Source of the DNA: a virus
Direction: 5' to 3' (one strand)
IMG/VR virus record: IMGVR_UViG_3300035698_019747
Coordinates: 88,403-152,402 of that record
Length of the DNA: 64,000 nt
This document shows positions 27,833-39,986 of the stretch, in pieces. The notes under the pieces were generated by a model. The model was given only the letters and a program-made list of their open reading frames with translations, searched no databases and was not told where the DNA came from. The translations under genes were made by a program, and so were the position numbers. The first letter of the stretch is position 1. Each line of letters opens with the position of its first letter.

Positions 27833-30589
27833 TTATTTGTATATAACATACATATTATCTAAATCATCATCTTCGTAATTATACTCTATAAAATCATTGA
27901 TACCTAATTGACCATAGTAATCTGAACCTATAATATATTCAGCTAACTCTTTTTCATATATATAATTAGTTAAAATGTTGGCTATTTCCACATCATCAAA
28001 ACCCTGATCACTAAGATGATATTTTGAATCAGTAGTGGCACTTTCTATTTCCTCATTATATAACTCCTCTGCCTTTTCATCAATATCACTATCTGAGTAT
28101 TCCATATATTCAGAATCATCATCCTCTATTTTCTCTATTTCCTCATCAATCTCTTCAATATTATTTAGTATTTCAGATATATGTTCTTTATATTTAGTTA
28201 CCTCAGAAGTTATATTATCTTCTAATTTTTTCAGAATAGTATTTAACCTATTCTTTCTATCTAAATCCTCACTATTTATTATAAGATTTTTTATTTTATC
28301 TTTTTTTGAATTTAAATCCATATTAAGTGAAGCAATAGTATCTTTAAGTGATTCATTATTTTTAACAAAATCACTTCTTCTTATATTTAAATCCCCACAC
28401 CTTTGCTCACCCTCTTCTGTTAGTGTTTTTTCTATATTATTATTACTTGGGTCTAATTTTATTTCTTCTACAAAATCCAATTCACTTCTCACATGTTCAT
28501 TAGCGAAACGTTCGCCATTAATACAATATTGAGGTATAAATTCTGGGAGGTGACCACTTTCTATTTGAGATAATACAGAATTCATAGCAGCCTCTTCTAT
28601 ATCATCATATAAAATAACATTCCATGTTTTACCTGCTTCATCAACTTCTATATGTATTCTATAAAAAAGTTCAAACTCATAGTCATTTTCAACAACATTT
28701 TTAAGTAATAAATACTTTCTATAATCACCACTTTCATAATCACCTTCATCTAATTCACCATTCTCATAGAGATACTTAAATAATGGTTTAGCATATTCAT
28801 CACCATTATACTTAGAATAATTATCATCACTATACTTATATTTTGATTGAACAACCCTATCTATTAGTTCCTGATAAGTCTTATTGGACATTGATCTTAA
28901 TAAATGTGAAATAGTTTTATATTCAGATGGTATATCCTCAATTGAATTACCTGTTATAAACCCATTACCATCAATATTATGCATATAGAAATCATTAAAA
29001 CCTGTTGATATTTTAATGTCTGATATTAAAAAAGGGTCAAAATAATCCCTAGAAGAGTCAAATATAATATAATAATAGAATTTGTTAATTTCTTGTGAAC
29101 CATTACTTGAAATAAAATATTCTGATAGATTATAAGTCTTGGTAGATATGTTTCTAAAAGCATCTACTCTTCTTGTATTATAATTAATTGGATCTTTAAT
29201 AATAAATTCAAATAGGTATATATCACCTACCTTACTAGAGGTTATATCTAAACCTTGTTGTTGTAGGTCTGAATTATATAATTCTTCAATTTCATTTTTT
29301 AAATCTACTTCTATTTTCATATATTTTTCAGTTATATCCTTAGCTTTTAATATATCCTTATTATTGACTATAATGTCTATAATATACTTATCAGGAATAG
29401 TAGTATCAAAATTTGTCAAATTCTGATCAGAAAACTCATTATATGACACACCATTATATATATACATCTTTATTTTATATTGAAATCCTTTCTGATTTAC
29501 ATTTTTGGAAAAATCATATATTATATAGAAATTATAATCACCCACTTCATCACCACCATAACTAAATGGGTTAACAGTATTGAATTTATGTATATTAAAC
29601 TGTTTTTCATTACTTACCCCTAAGCACATTATATCTGGATTATTAGAAACCTTTAATTGTTCCCCACTATCACCTTTTATTAACCCATTCTTAAACTCAA
29701 GTGTTGTCATACCAAAATTTAAGTCATCTAACATATTAATGACGTTATCTGGTAAATTATCAGATAAATTATCATCATTTTTATTATGTATATTAGTAAT
29801 CATACCCATATCATTTGTGGTAAAACCAACTAGGTGTAGGTTATCATATATTTCTAAGCTATAATCCCATATAAAAAATTGTCTTTTAAAACCACTTGTG
29901 TGATTATTGAATGAAGAATTACTTGTTACTATACACCATGATGAAGCACCTAATTTAACGGATGCATCATAGTCAGTTATCTCTGCTAATATGAGACCAT
30001 CATCAATGTTTTGATGCATAAGTTTAGCACCATCTAGTTCAGTTATATCCTTTATAGTTTTTGGATAAGACTTATCACTGTTCTTAGTGATAAAATCTTT
30101 GAGGTAATCTAATATACTACCCCTTGTTTTAAACTTTGATATTTTAACAGACAACTGTTTTAATAAACCCATTGAATGTAGTTCAATAGATATGTTTCTG
30201 AAATCATTATCCTTTATATCAATTAAATTCTTTTGTTCCCTAGGTAATATATTATAAACTTTTTTGATACGGTTGTTATTATCTATTGTATTTATTTCAT
30301 CCTTTAACAATTCAAAGCTATTATACTTTAATGGCTCTTTACTAAGTAATGAAGAATGTTCTTTTAACCATTTTAAGAGATCAACTATTTCGTCCATTGA
30401 CACTTCCTGAGTAAACATATACTTAGTCATTAAACCTAAGTAATTAATATTTTTAAATATTTTAATGTTGTTTTTTTTCAACTCTACATAAGAAGGGTTG
30501 TTTATACTAATACCATCTTTTTTTAAAATAGCTAAGGCTTGTTGCTTATTTTCTAATATCTTTTTACTAAATTTTCTGATGAATTGCAT
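27833..30589 (-). CDS. large late protein, 'WCI' paralog family, acidic coiled-coil C-terminus
   Basis: ASVKLGASSWCI...RQFFIWDYS...GFT...HNKNDD shared with 37071 and 54708. Confidence 0.75.
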   Translation of the reverse strand: MQFIRKFSKKILENKQQALAILKKDGISINNPSYVELKKNNIKIFKNINYLGLMTKYMFTQEVSMDEIVDLLKWLKEHSSLLSKEPLKYNSFELLKDEINTIDNNNRIKKVYNILPREQKNLIDIKDNDFRNISIELHSMGLLKQLSVKISKFKTRGSILDYLKDFITKNSDKSYPKTIKDITELDGAKLMHQNIDDGLILAEITDYDASVKLGASSWCIVTSNSSFNNHTSGFKRQFFIWDYSLEIYDNLHLVGFTTNDMGMITNIHNKNDDNLSDNLPDNVINMLDDLNFGMTTLEFKNGLIKGDSGEQLKVSNNPDIMCLGVSNEKQFNIHKFNTVNPFSYGGDEVGDYNFYIIYDFSKNVNQKGFQYKIKMYIYNGVSYNEFSDQNLTNFDTTIPDKYIIDIIVNNKDILKAKDITEKYMKIEVDLKNEIEELYNSDLQQQGLDITSSKVGDIYLFEFIIKDPINYNTRRVDAFRNISTKTYNLSEYFISSNGSQEINKFYYYIIFDSSRDYFDPFLISDIKISTGFNDFYMHNIDGNGFITGNSIEDIPSEYKTISHLLRSMSNKTYQELIDRVVQSKYKYSDDNYSKYNGDEYAKPLFKYLYENGELDEGDYESGDYRKYLLLKNVVENDYEFELFYRIHIEVDEAGKTWNVILYDDIEEAAMNSVLSQIESGHLPEFIPQYCINGERFANEHVRSELDFVEEIKLDPSNNNIEKTLTEEGEQRCGDLNIRRSDFVKNNESLKDTIASLNMDLNSKKDKIKNLIINSEDLDRKNRLNTILKKLEDNITSEVTKYKEHISEILNNIEEIDEEIEKIEDDDSEYMEYSDSDIDEKAEELYNEEIESATTDSKYHLSDQGFDDVEIANILTNYIYEKELAEYIIGSDYYGQLGINDFIEYNYEDDDLDNMYVIYK

Positions 30590-30661
30590 ATACAGATGTC
30601 TTTTATTTATAATATATTCTATATATTAAATAAATCTACATTTCTTTGGTAGTATTATAAT

Positions 30662-30907
30662 TTACTTTTTATACATAAATTTCTCAATATCAATAAAATC
30701 CCCTTCTGTCTCTATTCCGTTCATATCTTCACCATAATATAAACCATCTTCTATTTTATTTATTTTAATATATTCTCCATTTTTAAGGATAGCATTTACA
30801 TGTTTATTTTCACTATAGCTTGATAGATAAGTAGTTGCATCCTTATATGCCTTGTTATGACCATATATGCTTTTCGAAAATTCCCAGAATTCCAATAAAA
30901 TATTCAT
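30662..30907 (-). CDS. hypothetical protein
   Basis: 81-aa ORF. Confidence 0.55.
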   Translation of the reverse strand: MNILLEFWEFSKSIYGHNKAYKDATTYLSSYSENKHVNAILKNGEYIKINKIEDGLYYGEDMNGIETEGDFIDIEKFMYKK

Positions 30908-31070
30908 ATTTATTTAAACTTTTTAATTTACTATCTATATATAAAAAAGTTACTTGAAATGGATACGTTAAGCTAAATTATTTTAAACTTTTATCAAACC
31001 AAGTAATATAATAATAAGAATAGCTTAACAAACAAAAGTTAGCAAAAATAAAAATAAAAAAAGCAAAATT

Positions 31071-32177
31071 ATGATGAACAGAGAACTATTTAACGATGAA
31101 GCGTTAGAACAAAAATCAACTTACGAAAGTAACGCGAACGAAAGAGGTCTAGACGGTCTATACCGTGTTGACCTATCAAAAATAAAACCTGAACATAAAA
31201 AAAGAGGATATAAGGCTAGACTTAGACTATTATCTAATATTTCTTCAAATCGGGATTATTTCCAAGCATTTATGGGAGATAATTATAATGAAGATGCTGA
31301 GGTAGCAATGGGACCATCTTTTTATAGAAAAATTACTCACTTCTTAGATATTAAGAAAGATGAACTAAGTCACCTAAGAGGGTACTATGATGACCCAAGT
31401 AACATCAACCCATTAACTGGTACTAGATTTGGTTCTGCTAAATTTGGACCATTAGCAACTACTTACTTTAACTTAAATAAGTCCAAAAATGCTTTAGAGC
31501 AAAGTAGAGCAGCTATGATTAAGTATCAGAACAAATACTTCTCTTATGTTCTAGTAATAGAAGATGAACAACAACCAGAATTAGAAGGCAAAATTATGAT
31601 CTTCTCATATGGTAACCAAATTATGAGTATCATTGATGATGAGAAAGATGGGAATATCACTGGTGAAAAATGTATCGTTTTTAGCCCAGAAACTGGTAAA
31701 GATTTAATCTTACTAGCTAAAGAAAATTCATTTACTAATGATAATGGTAAAGATGTTATTGCACCAGAATATACGAAATCAACTTTTGTTGAAAGAAGTG
31801 CGATAAAAATTCGTAACAAGGATGGTGACCTTAAAGAATTACCACTTGATGAAAATGGTAAACTATCAGATGCACATTGGGAAAAATATGTCGCATTTCT
31901 ATTAGAAAGAGATGTTCAATTAGAGGATTGGGCCGGTAAAGCTTGGACTGAAGATCAACAAATTAAAGTGAGTGATGCAATTAACTACTTTACTGGAAAA
32001 ACACCAACAAGTTCAGTACCTACTTCTAGTGAAAGTGTAGTTGAAGACTTCTCTTTTGATAAAGGATCTAGTAATGATGGTTTTGATGACGAAGATTTCA
32101 GTGATAGTGACTCTAACGAAAAATCAAGTACCGCAGATGAATTTGATGACTTTGATGATATTGATGATGACTTTTAA
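31071..32177 (+). CDS. single-stranded DNA-binding protein, T4 gp32-like
   Basis: KYFSYVLVIED...PELEGKIMIFSYG..I, F.P.TGKD..L, PEYTKS.F, long acidic C-tail ending DDDF. Confidence 0.85.
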   Translation: MMNRELFNDEALEQKSTYESNANERGLDGLYRVDLSKIKPEHKKRGYKARLRLLSNISSNRDYFQAFMGDNYNEDAEVAMGPSFYRKITHFLDIKKDELSHLRGYYDDPSNINPLTGTRFGSAKFGPLATTYFNLNKSKNALEQSRAAMIKYQNKYFSYVLVIEDEQQPELEGKIMIFSYGNQIMSIIDDEKDGNITGEKCIVFSPETGKDLILLAKENSFTNDNGKDVIAPEYTKSTFVERSAIKIRNKDGDLKELPLDENGKLSDAHWEKYVAFLLERDVQLEDWAGKAWTEDQQIKVSDAINYFTGKTPTSSVPTSSESVVEDFSFDKGSSNDGFDDEDFSDSDSNEKSSTADEFDDFDDIDDDF

Positions 32178-32195
32178 TAAAGTAAAATATGAAAT

Positions 32196-32233
32196 AAAAA
32201 AGGAAATAGACAGTTTGTCTATTTCCTTTTTTT
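32196..32233 (+). terminator. intrinsic terminator after SSB
   Basis: AAAAAAGGAAATAGACA-GTT-TGTCTATTTCCTTTTTT. Confidence 0.85.
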
Positions 32234-32316
32234 GTTAAAAATGTAAAAAAAATATCATAATATTTTATATAACATGGAGATGGGTTTAGATTATATATAA
32301 AAAAACACAAGTAGAT

Positions 32317-33240
<924 letters not shown>

Positions 33241-33253
33241 TATTTTATATAAT

Positions 33254-33631
33254 ATGATAAATAAAAAGTACCTAGAACAAGCAGCTAGAATCCGAAAGGA
33301 TTTTATAAATATAAATAGTGATTTAGAAATAGTTTCTACTGAATTATTTTCCCTAAAAGATAGATTGGAAAAATATAAGACAGACCTTAAATCACTTACG
33401 GATGATCCTGATATAAGCAATGATGTTTTAAATTCTAACGCTATGGATATTTTAAATGATATGGCACGCGAACAAGATACTATAAACAATATTTATAAAC
33501 CCATTAATGAAAAGATGGAGAACCTTAAAAAAGAGGAAATTGAGTTATTTTCTAATTTGAAAAAAGAATATCCTAGCTTGTCTGACACAGAACTAGTAAA
33601 AAAAATTACTAATTTTATCGGGGGGATGTAA
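33254..33631 (+). CDS. coiled-coil hypothetical protein
   Basis: Probable start MINKKYL at 33254. Confidence 0.65.
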   Translation: MINKKYLEQAARIRKDFININSDLEIVSTELFSLKDRLEKYKTDLKSLTDDPDISNDVLNSNAMDILNDMAREQDTINNIYKPINEKMENLKKEEIELFSNLKKEYPSLSDTELVKKITNFIGGM

Positions 33632-33644
33632 ATATTCATTATAT

Positions 33645-34043
33645 TTGGAAAAAATTATTATGAACAATACCACATCATTGCACGGATATATAACTTATAA
33701 ATATGTAGGAAATCACTTAGTTCCTGTACTAGTAGATGCTAGTGGATACATAATAGTTATCGCATATAAGATACAAGAAATTATTTTAAATAATAGTGAC
33801 TCAAAATTATCATTTAAATACATGATAACCGATGGGATATCAACAGAATCTATTTTAAGTAAAGGTTCTACTCCAATGCTTTCTGATAGTAAAATAGATA
33901 TATATTTTGATAAATATGATATTGATTATGGGGAATATAATGATACTGATTATGTTAACACCATGGTTTTAGGTGATTTGGATTTATGTAAGGTACTTTC
34001 TGATAATAATGGACATTTTATGCATTTATGCATATCTCTTTGA
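33645..34043 (+). CDS. hypothetical protein
   Basis: 132-aa ORF. Confidence 0.55.
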   Translation: MEKIIMNNTTSLHGYITYKYVGNHLVPVLVDASGYIIVIAYKIQEIILNNSDSKLSFKYMITDGISTESILSKGSTPMLSDSKIDIYFDKYDIDYGEYNDTDYVNTMVLGDLDLCKVLSDNNGHFMHLCISL

Positions 34044-34051
34044 ATATTAAA

Positions 34052-34291
34052 TTAAAGTTTAATGCTTTCTGATAGACCTATCTTTGTTCTGATATTATCC
34101 TTAATAGAGTCTCTTATATTATTTAGTTCCCCCTCTGGTAAATCATATTTACTCATTATATCGTCTTGCTGACTAACAAAGTCTCTTATCTGATCTACAT
34201 CTGGTACGGTGTCTATTTCTTGCATGAATTCATCAAAGTTTTCTTTAATAACTTTATATACTGCGTAAGTTTCAAATTTAAAAGTTTTCAT
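34052..34291 (-). CDS. hypothetical late protein
   Basis: MKTFKFE N-terminus; TTAATATATA at 34321-34312. Confidence 0.65.
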   Translation of the reverse strand: MKTFKFETYAVYKVIKENFDEFMQEIDTVPDVDQIRDFVSQQDDIMSKYDLPEGELNNIRDSIKDNIRTKIGLSESIKL

Positions 34292-34346
34292 AAATTGGAC
34301 TATATTTTCTTTATATATTAAATATTTTTATTATATTTGCACTGTT

Positions 34347-34499
34347 ATGAAGGTAGAAAAAGCACAAATATATAAAACCATGCGCAAAGTTAGTAGAGAA
34401 ATCTACCTAGATAAACCATATATAAAGGGTGGTGCTCATGTTAATTATAAGAAGTATACTAGAAAATTAAAACATAAAATTGATCAAAATGAACGATAG
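34347..34499 (+). CDS. small basic protein (50 aa, not in ORF track)
   Basis: MKVEKAQIYKTMRKVSREIYLDKPYIKGGAHVNYKKYTRKLKHKIDQNER; TATATTTG at 34332-34339. Confidence 0.65.
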   Translation: MKVEKAQIYKTMRKVSREIYLDKPYIKGGAHVNYKKYTRKLKHKIDQNER

Positions 34500-34773
34500 A
34501 ATTAGAGATTTACAACGTGAAATTGAACGCGAACAATCAAATATAGATAATTGTAATCATAGTTGGGGAAAGCCATATAGCAACCCCGAAACAAAACGTG
34601 AACCATATGGATATAAGTTAGTTGGACATGGCAGTGACGTTTCGTATGAGTCAGAAGGATATAGGGATGTAAATGTCCCTAGATGGACAAGAGATTGTAC
34701 TATATGTGGTCACAGTGAACACACACATAGCACTGAAGCAGTTATTAAAGAACATCGCCCTAAATTCGGCTAG
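34480..34773 (+). CDS. hypothetical Zn-binding protein
   Basis: CNHSW...RDCTICGH; probable start 34489. Confidence 0.65.
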   Translation: MIKMNDRIRDLQREIEREQSNIDNCNHSWGKPYSNPETKREPYGYKLVGHGSDVSYESEGYRDVNVPRWTRDCTICGHSEHTHSTEAVIKEHRPKFG

Positions 34774-34775
34774 AT

Positions 34776-35249
34776 ATGAGAATAACTATACTGAACAGAA
34801 AGAAGTTTAAAGAGTTGATGATAAGTAGAAATATAACACCTTCCAATGTTAATGGTCAGGAAAATAAAAATACTTACCTTATATCAATTAACAATACACA
34901 CACTCAACATACATACTCTTATTTTGAAGAAGTATATGCCTCTAATCTACTCAAATTATATTTTGATGATGTAACATATAATGCATCAGGTAATGTCTTA
35001 TTTGACTCTAAAATGGCTAAAGAAGTACTTAGGTTTGCTAATTTTATTAAATTAAATGAAACAGATAATACAGAGATTATCATACACTGTAGTGCAGGTA
35101 TTAATAGAAGTGGTAGTATTGGTAAATTCTTATCCGATTTCTTCATTTATACATATGATCGGTTAATGTTAGAGAACCCTCAAATTATGGGTAACTCAGT
35201 AGTTAATAACCTACTATACAGAGAATGGGTTTATTATGATTATGATTAA
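34776..35249 (+). CDS. protein-tyrosine/dual-specificity phosphatase-like
   Basis: LYFDD and IIIHCSAGINRS (HCx5R) motifs. Confidence 0.85.
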   Translation: MRITILNRKKFKELMISRNITPSNVNGQENKNTYLISINNTHTQHTYSYFEEVYASNLLKLYFDDVTYNASGNVLFDSKMAKEVLRFANFIKLNETDNTEIIIHCSAGINRSGSIGKFLSDFFIYTYDRLMLENPQIMGNSVVNNLLYREWVYYDYD

Positions 35250-35487
35250 AATAAAATATGGAAAAATAAAAAGACGAACAATTAGATAAAAAACTATTTA
35301 AAAGTGGGTCACATCTTATGAGTAAATGTAAAGTATTTGATAACCAATCTTAGATGAAAAAAGGAGATATTGGTAATAATTAATGCTGTTACATTGAGTC
35401 TACCATACTAAAAATATATCAAAAGCATATAGGTCTATTGATTTAAGGGATGCTATTATGGTAAATAATCTAGAAAAAGTTGAAGAG

Positions 35488-35525
35488 ATATTAAGGGGTT
35501 AGTTATTTAACTAACCCCTTAATAT
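35488..35525. terminator. bidirectional terminator-like hairpin
   Basis: ATATTAAGGGGTTAGTTA-TT-TAACTAACCCCTTAATAT between convergent genes. Confidence 0.75.
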
Positions 35526-35533
35526 TTAATATA

Positions 35534-36616
35534 TTATTTTTTGAATCCAACTTTTGTTTCCTCTTTTTCCTCTTCCCCCTCGTTATATATATCTGATAAT
35601 CTCAAATTAAGCCCTCTACCATCCTTTCCTAAAGATTCTAATAGTCTATCTGCTTTGTCTGATTTCAACCCCTTAAACTCAAACTCATTTAATAACCTAC
35701 CCTTTCTAGTTAATGCTTTATCAATATTATTTCTGTTTGTATTAAATGTACAAATTATCTGAAATTTTAGACAATCACCCATTATACCATCGGTGATATT
35801 TAATAGGTTACTGACACCCTGATCACCACCACCTGTTCTCTCCATAATAACGTTCTCCGCATCTTCTATTATAATAACGCTATTCGGATACCTCATAAAG
35901 AATGGAATCATATCTGGTTCAGATATTCTGCTAGAAAGAGAGGGTGGTACAAATATTAACCTTTTATTAATATTTCTAATTAAGTGTCTTAAAAATGTGG
36001 TCTTACCTGTCCCATGTGTACCATGGAATAAATATAAACCTATTTTATCAGAATTTAGATTTTCAACTAACTTGTCATAACCATCCACTAAGTCTTGATT
36101 ATAATTTGTATCAATATTTAGTTCTTTATACTTATCATCAATTTTAAAATCGGTTAAGTAAAACCCATTTGAAAAAGATAAAATAAATACCGAATTATCA
36201 TTTACTTCATCAGTATACTTATCATAAATTTCCTTTATAATGTCTTTAAATTCATCACATATAGGGGTTTCCGAATATATATCAATACACCCTGAACTAG
36301 GACTACTGAAATTAATAACTATTTTATTTTTAATATCAACCATTATAGTTGATCCCTCCACCTCGGTCATAATCAAACTATCCTCAGTATCCATTTCCCC
36401 TTTATCTGTATAGTTACTATAACTAGACCTATTCTGTATTAGGGTTAAATCGAACTTTCCCATAAATGTTTCCACTAATACGTCATATGCAGTTTTGGGT
36501 ATATCAAATACTGTCCATTGGTATTTATTTATCACATTAAAATTATCATAGAAAGCAACCTCTGATAATGATTTCATATTCAATACATGTTCCTTATAAA
36601 TATCTTTTTCTTTCAT
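35534..36616 (-). CDS. AAA+ ATPase (BCS1-like)
   Basis: Walker A GTHGTGKT, Walker B IIIIEDAE, LLNITDG, IDKALTRKGR. Confidence 0.88.
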   Translation of the reverse strand: MKEKDIYKEHVLNMKSLSEVAFYDNFNVINKYQWTVFDIPKTAYDVLVETFMGKFDLTLIQNRSSYSNYTDKGEMDTEDSLIMTEVEGSTIMVDIKNKIVINFSSPSSGCIDIYSETPICDEFKDIIKEIYDKYTDEVNDNSVFILSFSNGFYLTDFKIDDKYKELNIDTNYNQDLVDGYDKLVENLNSDKIGLYLFHGTHGTGKTTFLRHLIRNINKRLIFVPPSLSSRISEPDMIPFFMRYPNSVIIIEDAENVIMERTGGGDQGVSNLLNITDGIMGDCLKFQIICTFNTNRNNIDKALTRKGRLLNEFEFKGLKSDKADRLLESLGKDGRGLNLRLSDIYNEGEEEKEETKVGFKK

Positions 36617-36689
36617 ATATAACTAATCTTTTTTATTTATACTAAACAAATTTATAAATGTTTTATATAAATAAAAAGTTTTTACATAT

Positions 36690-37061
36690 ATGAAAGGAAA
36701 AATTATACTAATTGATTGTGATGGAACTATTTGTGATGATATTAAAAATGAAGATTCACATTTATATGCTACTGCTGACCATTATCCAGATGCACTTAAA
36801 ACTATAAATGAGTGGTATGATAATGGTGCACATATTACCTTTTTCACAGCAAGGGAAGCAAAAGATAGAGAAGTCACTATTAAGTGGTTAGATGAAAATG
36901 GATTTAAATATAATGGTCTCATCACAGATAAACCCAGGTGTAATAACGATGATGATGAATATATTTGGATAGATAATAGAAAGGTTAGAGGTATAACATA
37001 TAAGACTAAATGGGGAAACCTAGAAAAAACAACTAAAGAGATATTTACTTTTGGGGATTAA
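36690..37061 (+). CDS. HAD-family phosphatase
   Basis: LIDCDGTI, FFTAR, KP, WIDN. Confidence 0.8.
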   Translation: MKGKIILIDCDGTICDDIKNEDSHLYATADHYPDALKTINEWYDNGAHITFFTAREAKDREVTIKWLDENGFKYNGLITDKPRCNNDDDEYIWIDNRKVRGITYKTKWGNLEKTTKEIFTFGD

Positions 37062-37070
37062 ATTCCAATA

Positions 37071-38807
37071 CTATATATCCATTTTGATAGAATTACTTGT
37101 AATGTACGCAAGTAATTCTTTATCATTTACTATAACATCTTTACTTATATCCATTTCCTTAAACCCCTCTTTACTTTTGGGTATAGATACTTTATATATG
37201 TCTATACCTAGCATTTTAGACATAGTATAAATCGTAACTAACTCATCAGGTGTATTGAATAAACTTTTATAAATAAAGTCACTTTCTATCACATCATTAT
37301 CTGATAAGTATATATACTTATAATACTTATCATAATTACTAATTGCCTCATCAGAGTAAGATAAGTATTTGAACACTACATTTATTGGGGTGTGTAAATT
37401 TACAATTCCCTGAGATTGTACCCTAAATCGCTCAGTATCTAATAATTCTCTATCCTTAAAGTATTCCCTTATGGGATTATATATTTTCTTATCATAAAAT
37501 ATATCAGTATTCTTTTCAAAGCATAATATTTCTGGGACGTGTTTAATAACTTCTATATTAGCCTCTGTACTATGATCCTTATAGTTATAATTACTTGAGT
37601 CATGTCTGATTATTTTCACTTTATCTAATGCACCCATTAAGTTATATAACCTATTATCATATTCTTCTTTATATTCTAAATATAACTCTCTGGATATAGT
37701 TAATAATTTTATTTTTAAATCATCATTAACTATTTTAAATATGTGGGATTTTATGAACCTATCTGAGTCTTCCATTGCTGCTCTAATTATAACATCTTCG
37801 CCAATATTCTTTATATCATCTTTATTCGTTAAATAAAATATCAAGCTAGGCATAACATTATACGCATATTCTCTATCTTTACCACCATTTAAAACATCTG
37901 CCAATAAAGTATACTCAGTTCTTAAACTCTTATTATATTTGGCATATTTTAATATCTGTTTAGGTAATATATTACTTATATTTTTAAATATTTTATTGTG
38001 TGGTATGTCCTTAATTACTACCTTATCATCTACCTTATCATGGGCATCATATGTGCTATCAGGATATATGGTTATTCCTAATTTCGAATTGCTATTGAAC
38101 TGCTCTTTTGAAAAATCCCATATAAAATATTGAACACCTCTACGCTTTCCTATATAGTTATCAAAGTTAGTACTACTCGTATATGATATACACCATTGAG
38201 TTGAACCCATTTCTATTGATGCCTTATGACTATATACCATAGCTATCAGTGTTTCTTTATCGCGGAATATTAAATCAATTCCCTCAGTATTATTTATATC
38301 ATCAAAAGTTTCTTTCATTTGAGCTGTCATAGATACCATATAGTTCTCAAATGATTTAAAAAATGCCGATAAATCATTATCTTTTAATGATGCCACTTTA
38401 GACATAAACCCACTTTTATATAAATCAAAGTCTAATTCCAATACGATGCTTTTAAACTTTTTGTAATTTTCTGGAGTGTTTTTTATCTCACTTCTGAATG
38501 GATTAGGTACGAGTTTTAAAAACTTGTTAGCCTTTTCAATAAGAGTCATCTCATCTAATTTATCAGTTATCTGTTCAACTGTATCTAGTTTAGTTAAGTC
38601 AACCTTATTTTGTTTTAGGGTATTCCTATGCTTTACCATCCTATCATATAAATTCTCTAATTGATGAATTGGTATATCTGCCGAGAATTCAGAAAACTGC
38701 TTTATGAATTTTGGCTCTTTCCTCAAAAATTTAAAAATATCTTGTGAGTTATTATTATTCTCACTATCTTTGCTCTCGTTGAATACATCGAAATATTTGA
38801 TGAACAT
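37071..38807 (-). CDS. late protein, 'WCI' paralog family
   Basis: ASIEMGSTQWCI...GVQYFIWDFS...GIT...HDKVDD; MFIKYFDVFNES N-terminus. Confidence 0.75.
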   Translation of the reverse strand: MFIKYFDVFNESKDSENNNNSQDIFKFLRKEPKFIKQFSEFSADIPIHQLENLYDRMVKHRNTLKQNKVDLTKLDTVEQITDKLDEMTLIEKANKFLKLVPNPFRSEIKNTPENYKKFKSIVLELDFDLYKSGFMSKVASLKDNDLSAFFKSFENYMVSMTAQMKETFDDINNTEGIDLIFRDKETLIAMVYSHKASIEMGSTQWCISYTSSTNFDNYIGKRRGVQYFIWDFSKEQFNSNSKLGITIYPDSTYDAHDKVDDKVVIKDIPHNKIFKNISNILPKQILKYAKYNKSLRTEYTLLADVLNGGKDREYAYNVMPSLIFYLTNKDDIKNIGEDVIIRAAMEDSDRFIKSHIFKIVNDDLKIKLLTISRELYLEYKEEYDNRLYNLMGALDKVKIIRHDSSNYNYKDHSTEANIEVIKHVPEILCFEKNTDIFYDKKIYNPIREYFKDRELLDTERFRVQSQGIVNLHTPINVVFKYLSYSDEAISNYDKYYKYIYLSDNDVIESDFIYKSLFNTPDELVTIYTMSKMLGIDIYKVSIPKSKEGFKEMDISKDVIVNDKELLAYITSNSIKMDI

Positions 38808-38840
38808 AGTAAATTTAGTAACTTTAACTATATATTAAAA

Positions 38841-39308
38841 ATGAAAGATTCATATAAAAAAATGCTATCCCCTATTTATTTAGGTGGTAAAAAAGAACCT
38901 TATTTACTCTTGATTGTTCTAGTACTATCTATTAACGTTGGACTAATGTGCCCAGAGGTTTGGTTAGAATATTTTATTTATGGACTACTAACGATTGGTT
39001 CTATTAAATCACCAGATATCATTTACTATTTATTTTTACAAAAAGAGAGTCTTGAAAAATATGATCACTGGATTGAGTATATGAAAGGACAAGAGTATAA
39101 ATCTATTTTATCAATTGGTACAATAGTTTGTTGGTTTTTCTACTTATCCACGTTAATATTATTATATAAAAGCATAATATCTATTGAATTTATAGATGGC
39201 GATGGTGATGGCGTTAATACAATACTATTTATCATTAATATTACATTCATCCTAATAAACATACTATCTATTCGTGATTACTTTAAAACAATGATTAAGA
39301 TATTTTAA
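38841..39308 (+). CDS. membrane protein
   Basis: About four hydrophobic segments. Confidence 0.6.
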   Translation: MKDSYKKMLSPIYLGGKKEPYLLLIVLVLSINVGLMCPEVWLEYFIYGLLTIGSIKSPDIIYYLFLQKESLEKYDHWIEYMKGQEYKSILSIGTIVCWFFYLSTLILLYKSIISIEFIDGDGDGVNTILFIINITFILINILSIRDYFKTMIKIF

Positions 39309-39619
39309 ATAAATGACACACGATTAGATATCATAACCTTAACACTCCAATTAGGCTTCTCTTTCTTTATATATTCAACGAAATTTTTAGCACTTTCTAA
39401 ATACCTCGCATCAGATAACATATAAACTACTTCATATATCTCTTTGTCGTTTTCTACACCGTAATTAAACGAATATAGTTTGGCATACTCAATACCTTCT
39501 AAATATACAACATCACTCTTCATAGTGAAGTCATAATCGTAGCTTATTACTGTGGTTGTGACACAAGAACTTAAAAACACTATCGCGAACACCAATAAAA
39601 AATTCTTTAATTTTCTCAT
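39305..39619 (-). CDS. lipoprotein
   Basis: Signal peptide II with LSSC lipobox; TTAATATATA upstream. Confidence 0.65.
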   Translation of the reverse strand: MRKLKNFLLVFAIVFLSSCVTTTVISYDYDFTMKSDVVYLEGIEYAKLYSFNYGVENDKEIYEVVYMLSDARYLESAKNFVEYIKKEKPNWSVKVMISNRVSFI

Positions 39620-39746
39620 AACTTTCTTTCTTTTTCTTTATATATTAAATTATTTCACCTTTGTTTAACATTAAAGTAACATTAAGGTAACATTAGACTA
39701 CTATATATGAATAATTTTTCATATATTTGCATAAATAAACATAAAT

Positions 39747-39986
39747 ATGGATTTATCAGAACTATTAAAAGGCAGGAAAGTTAGAGTTATGACTGATGTT
39801 AAGGTTGAGGTTGAACTCGAAATTTCAGAAGTTATAGAGTCTAAACACAGTAGGGATTTAGAAGAAGCAACCAGAGAAAACGATTACTGGCCTAAATCAC
39901 AAGATTGGACTACAATTGATGTGAAGTTCACTAACGGATATAAAAAATCATATCAAAACTTTTCCGAAATTAAATTAGCAGACTAA
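39747..39986 (+). CDS. hypothetical protein
   Basis: Follows TATATTTG (39722-39729). Confidence 0.65.
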   Translation: MDLSELLKGRKVRVMTDVKVEVELEISEVIESKHSRDLEEATRENDYWPKSQDWTTIDVKFTNGYKKSYQNFSEIKLAD

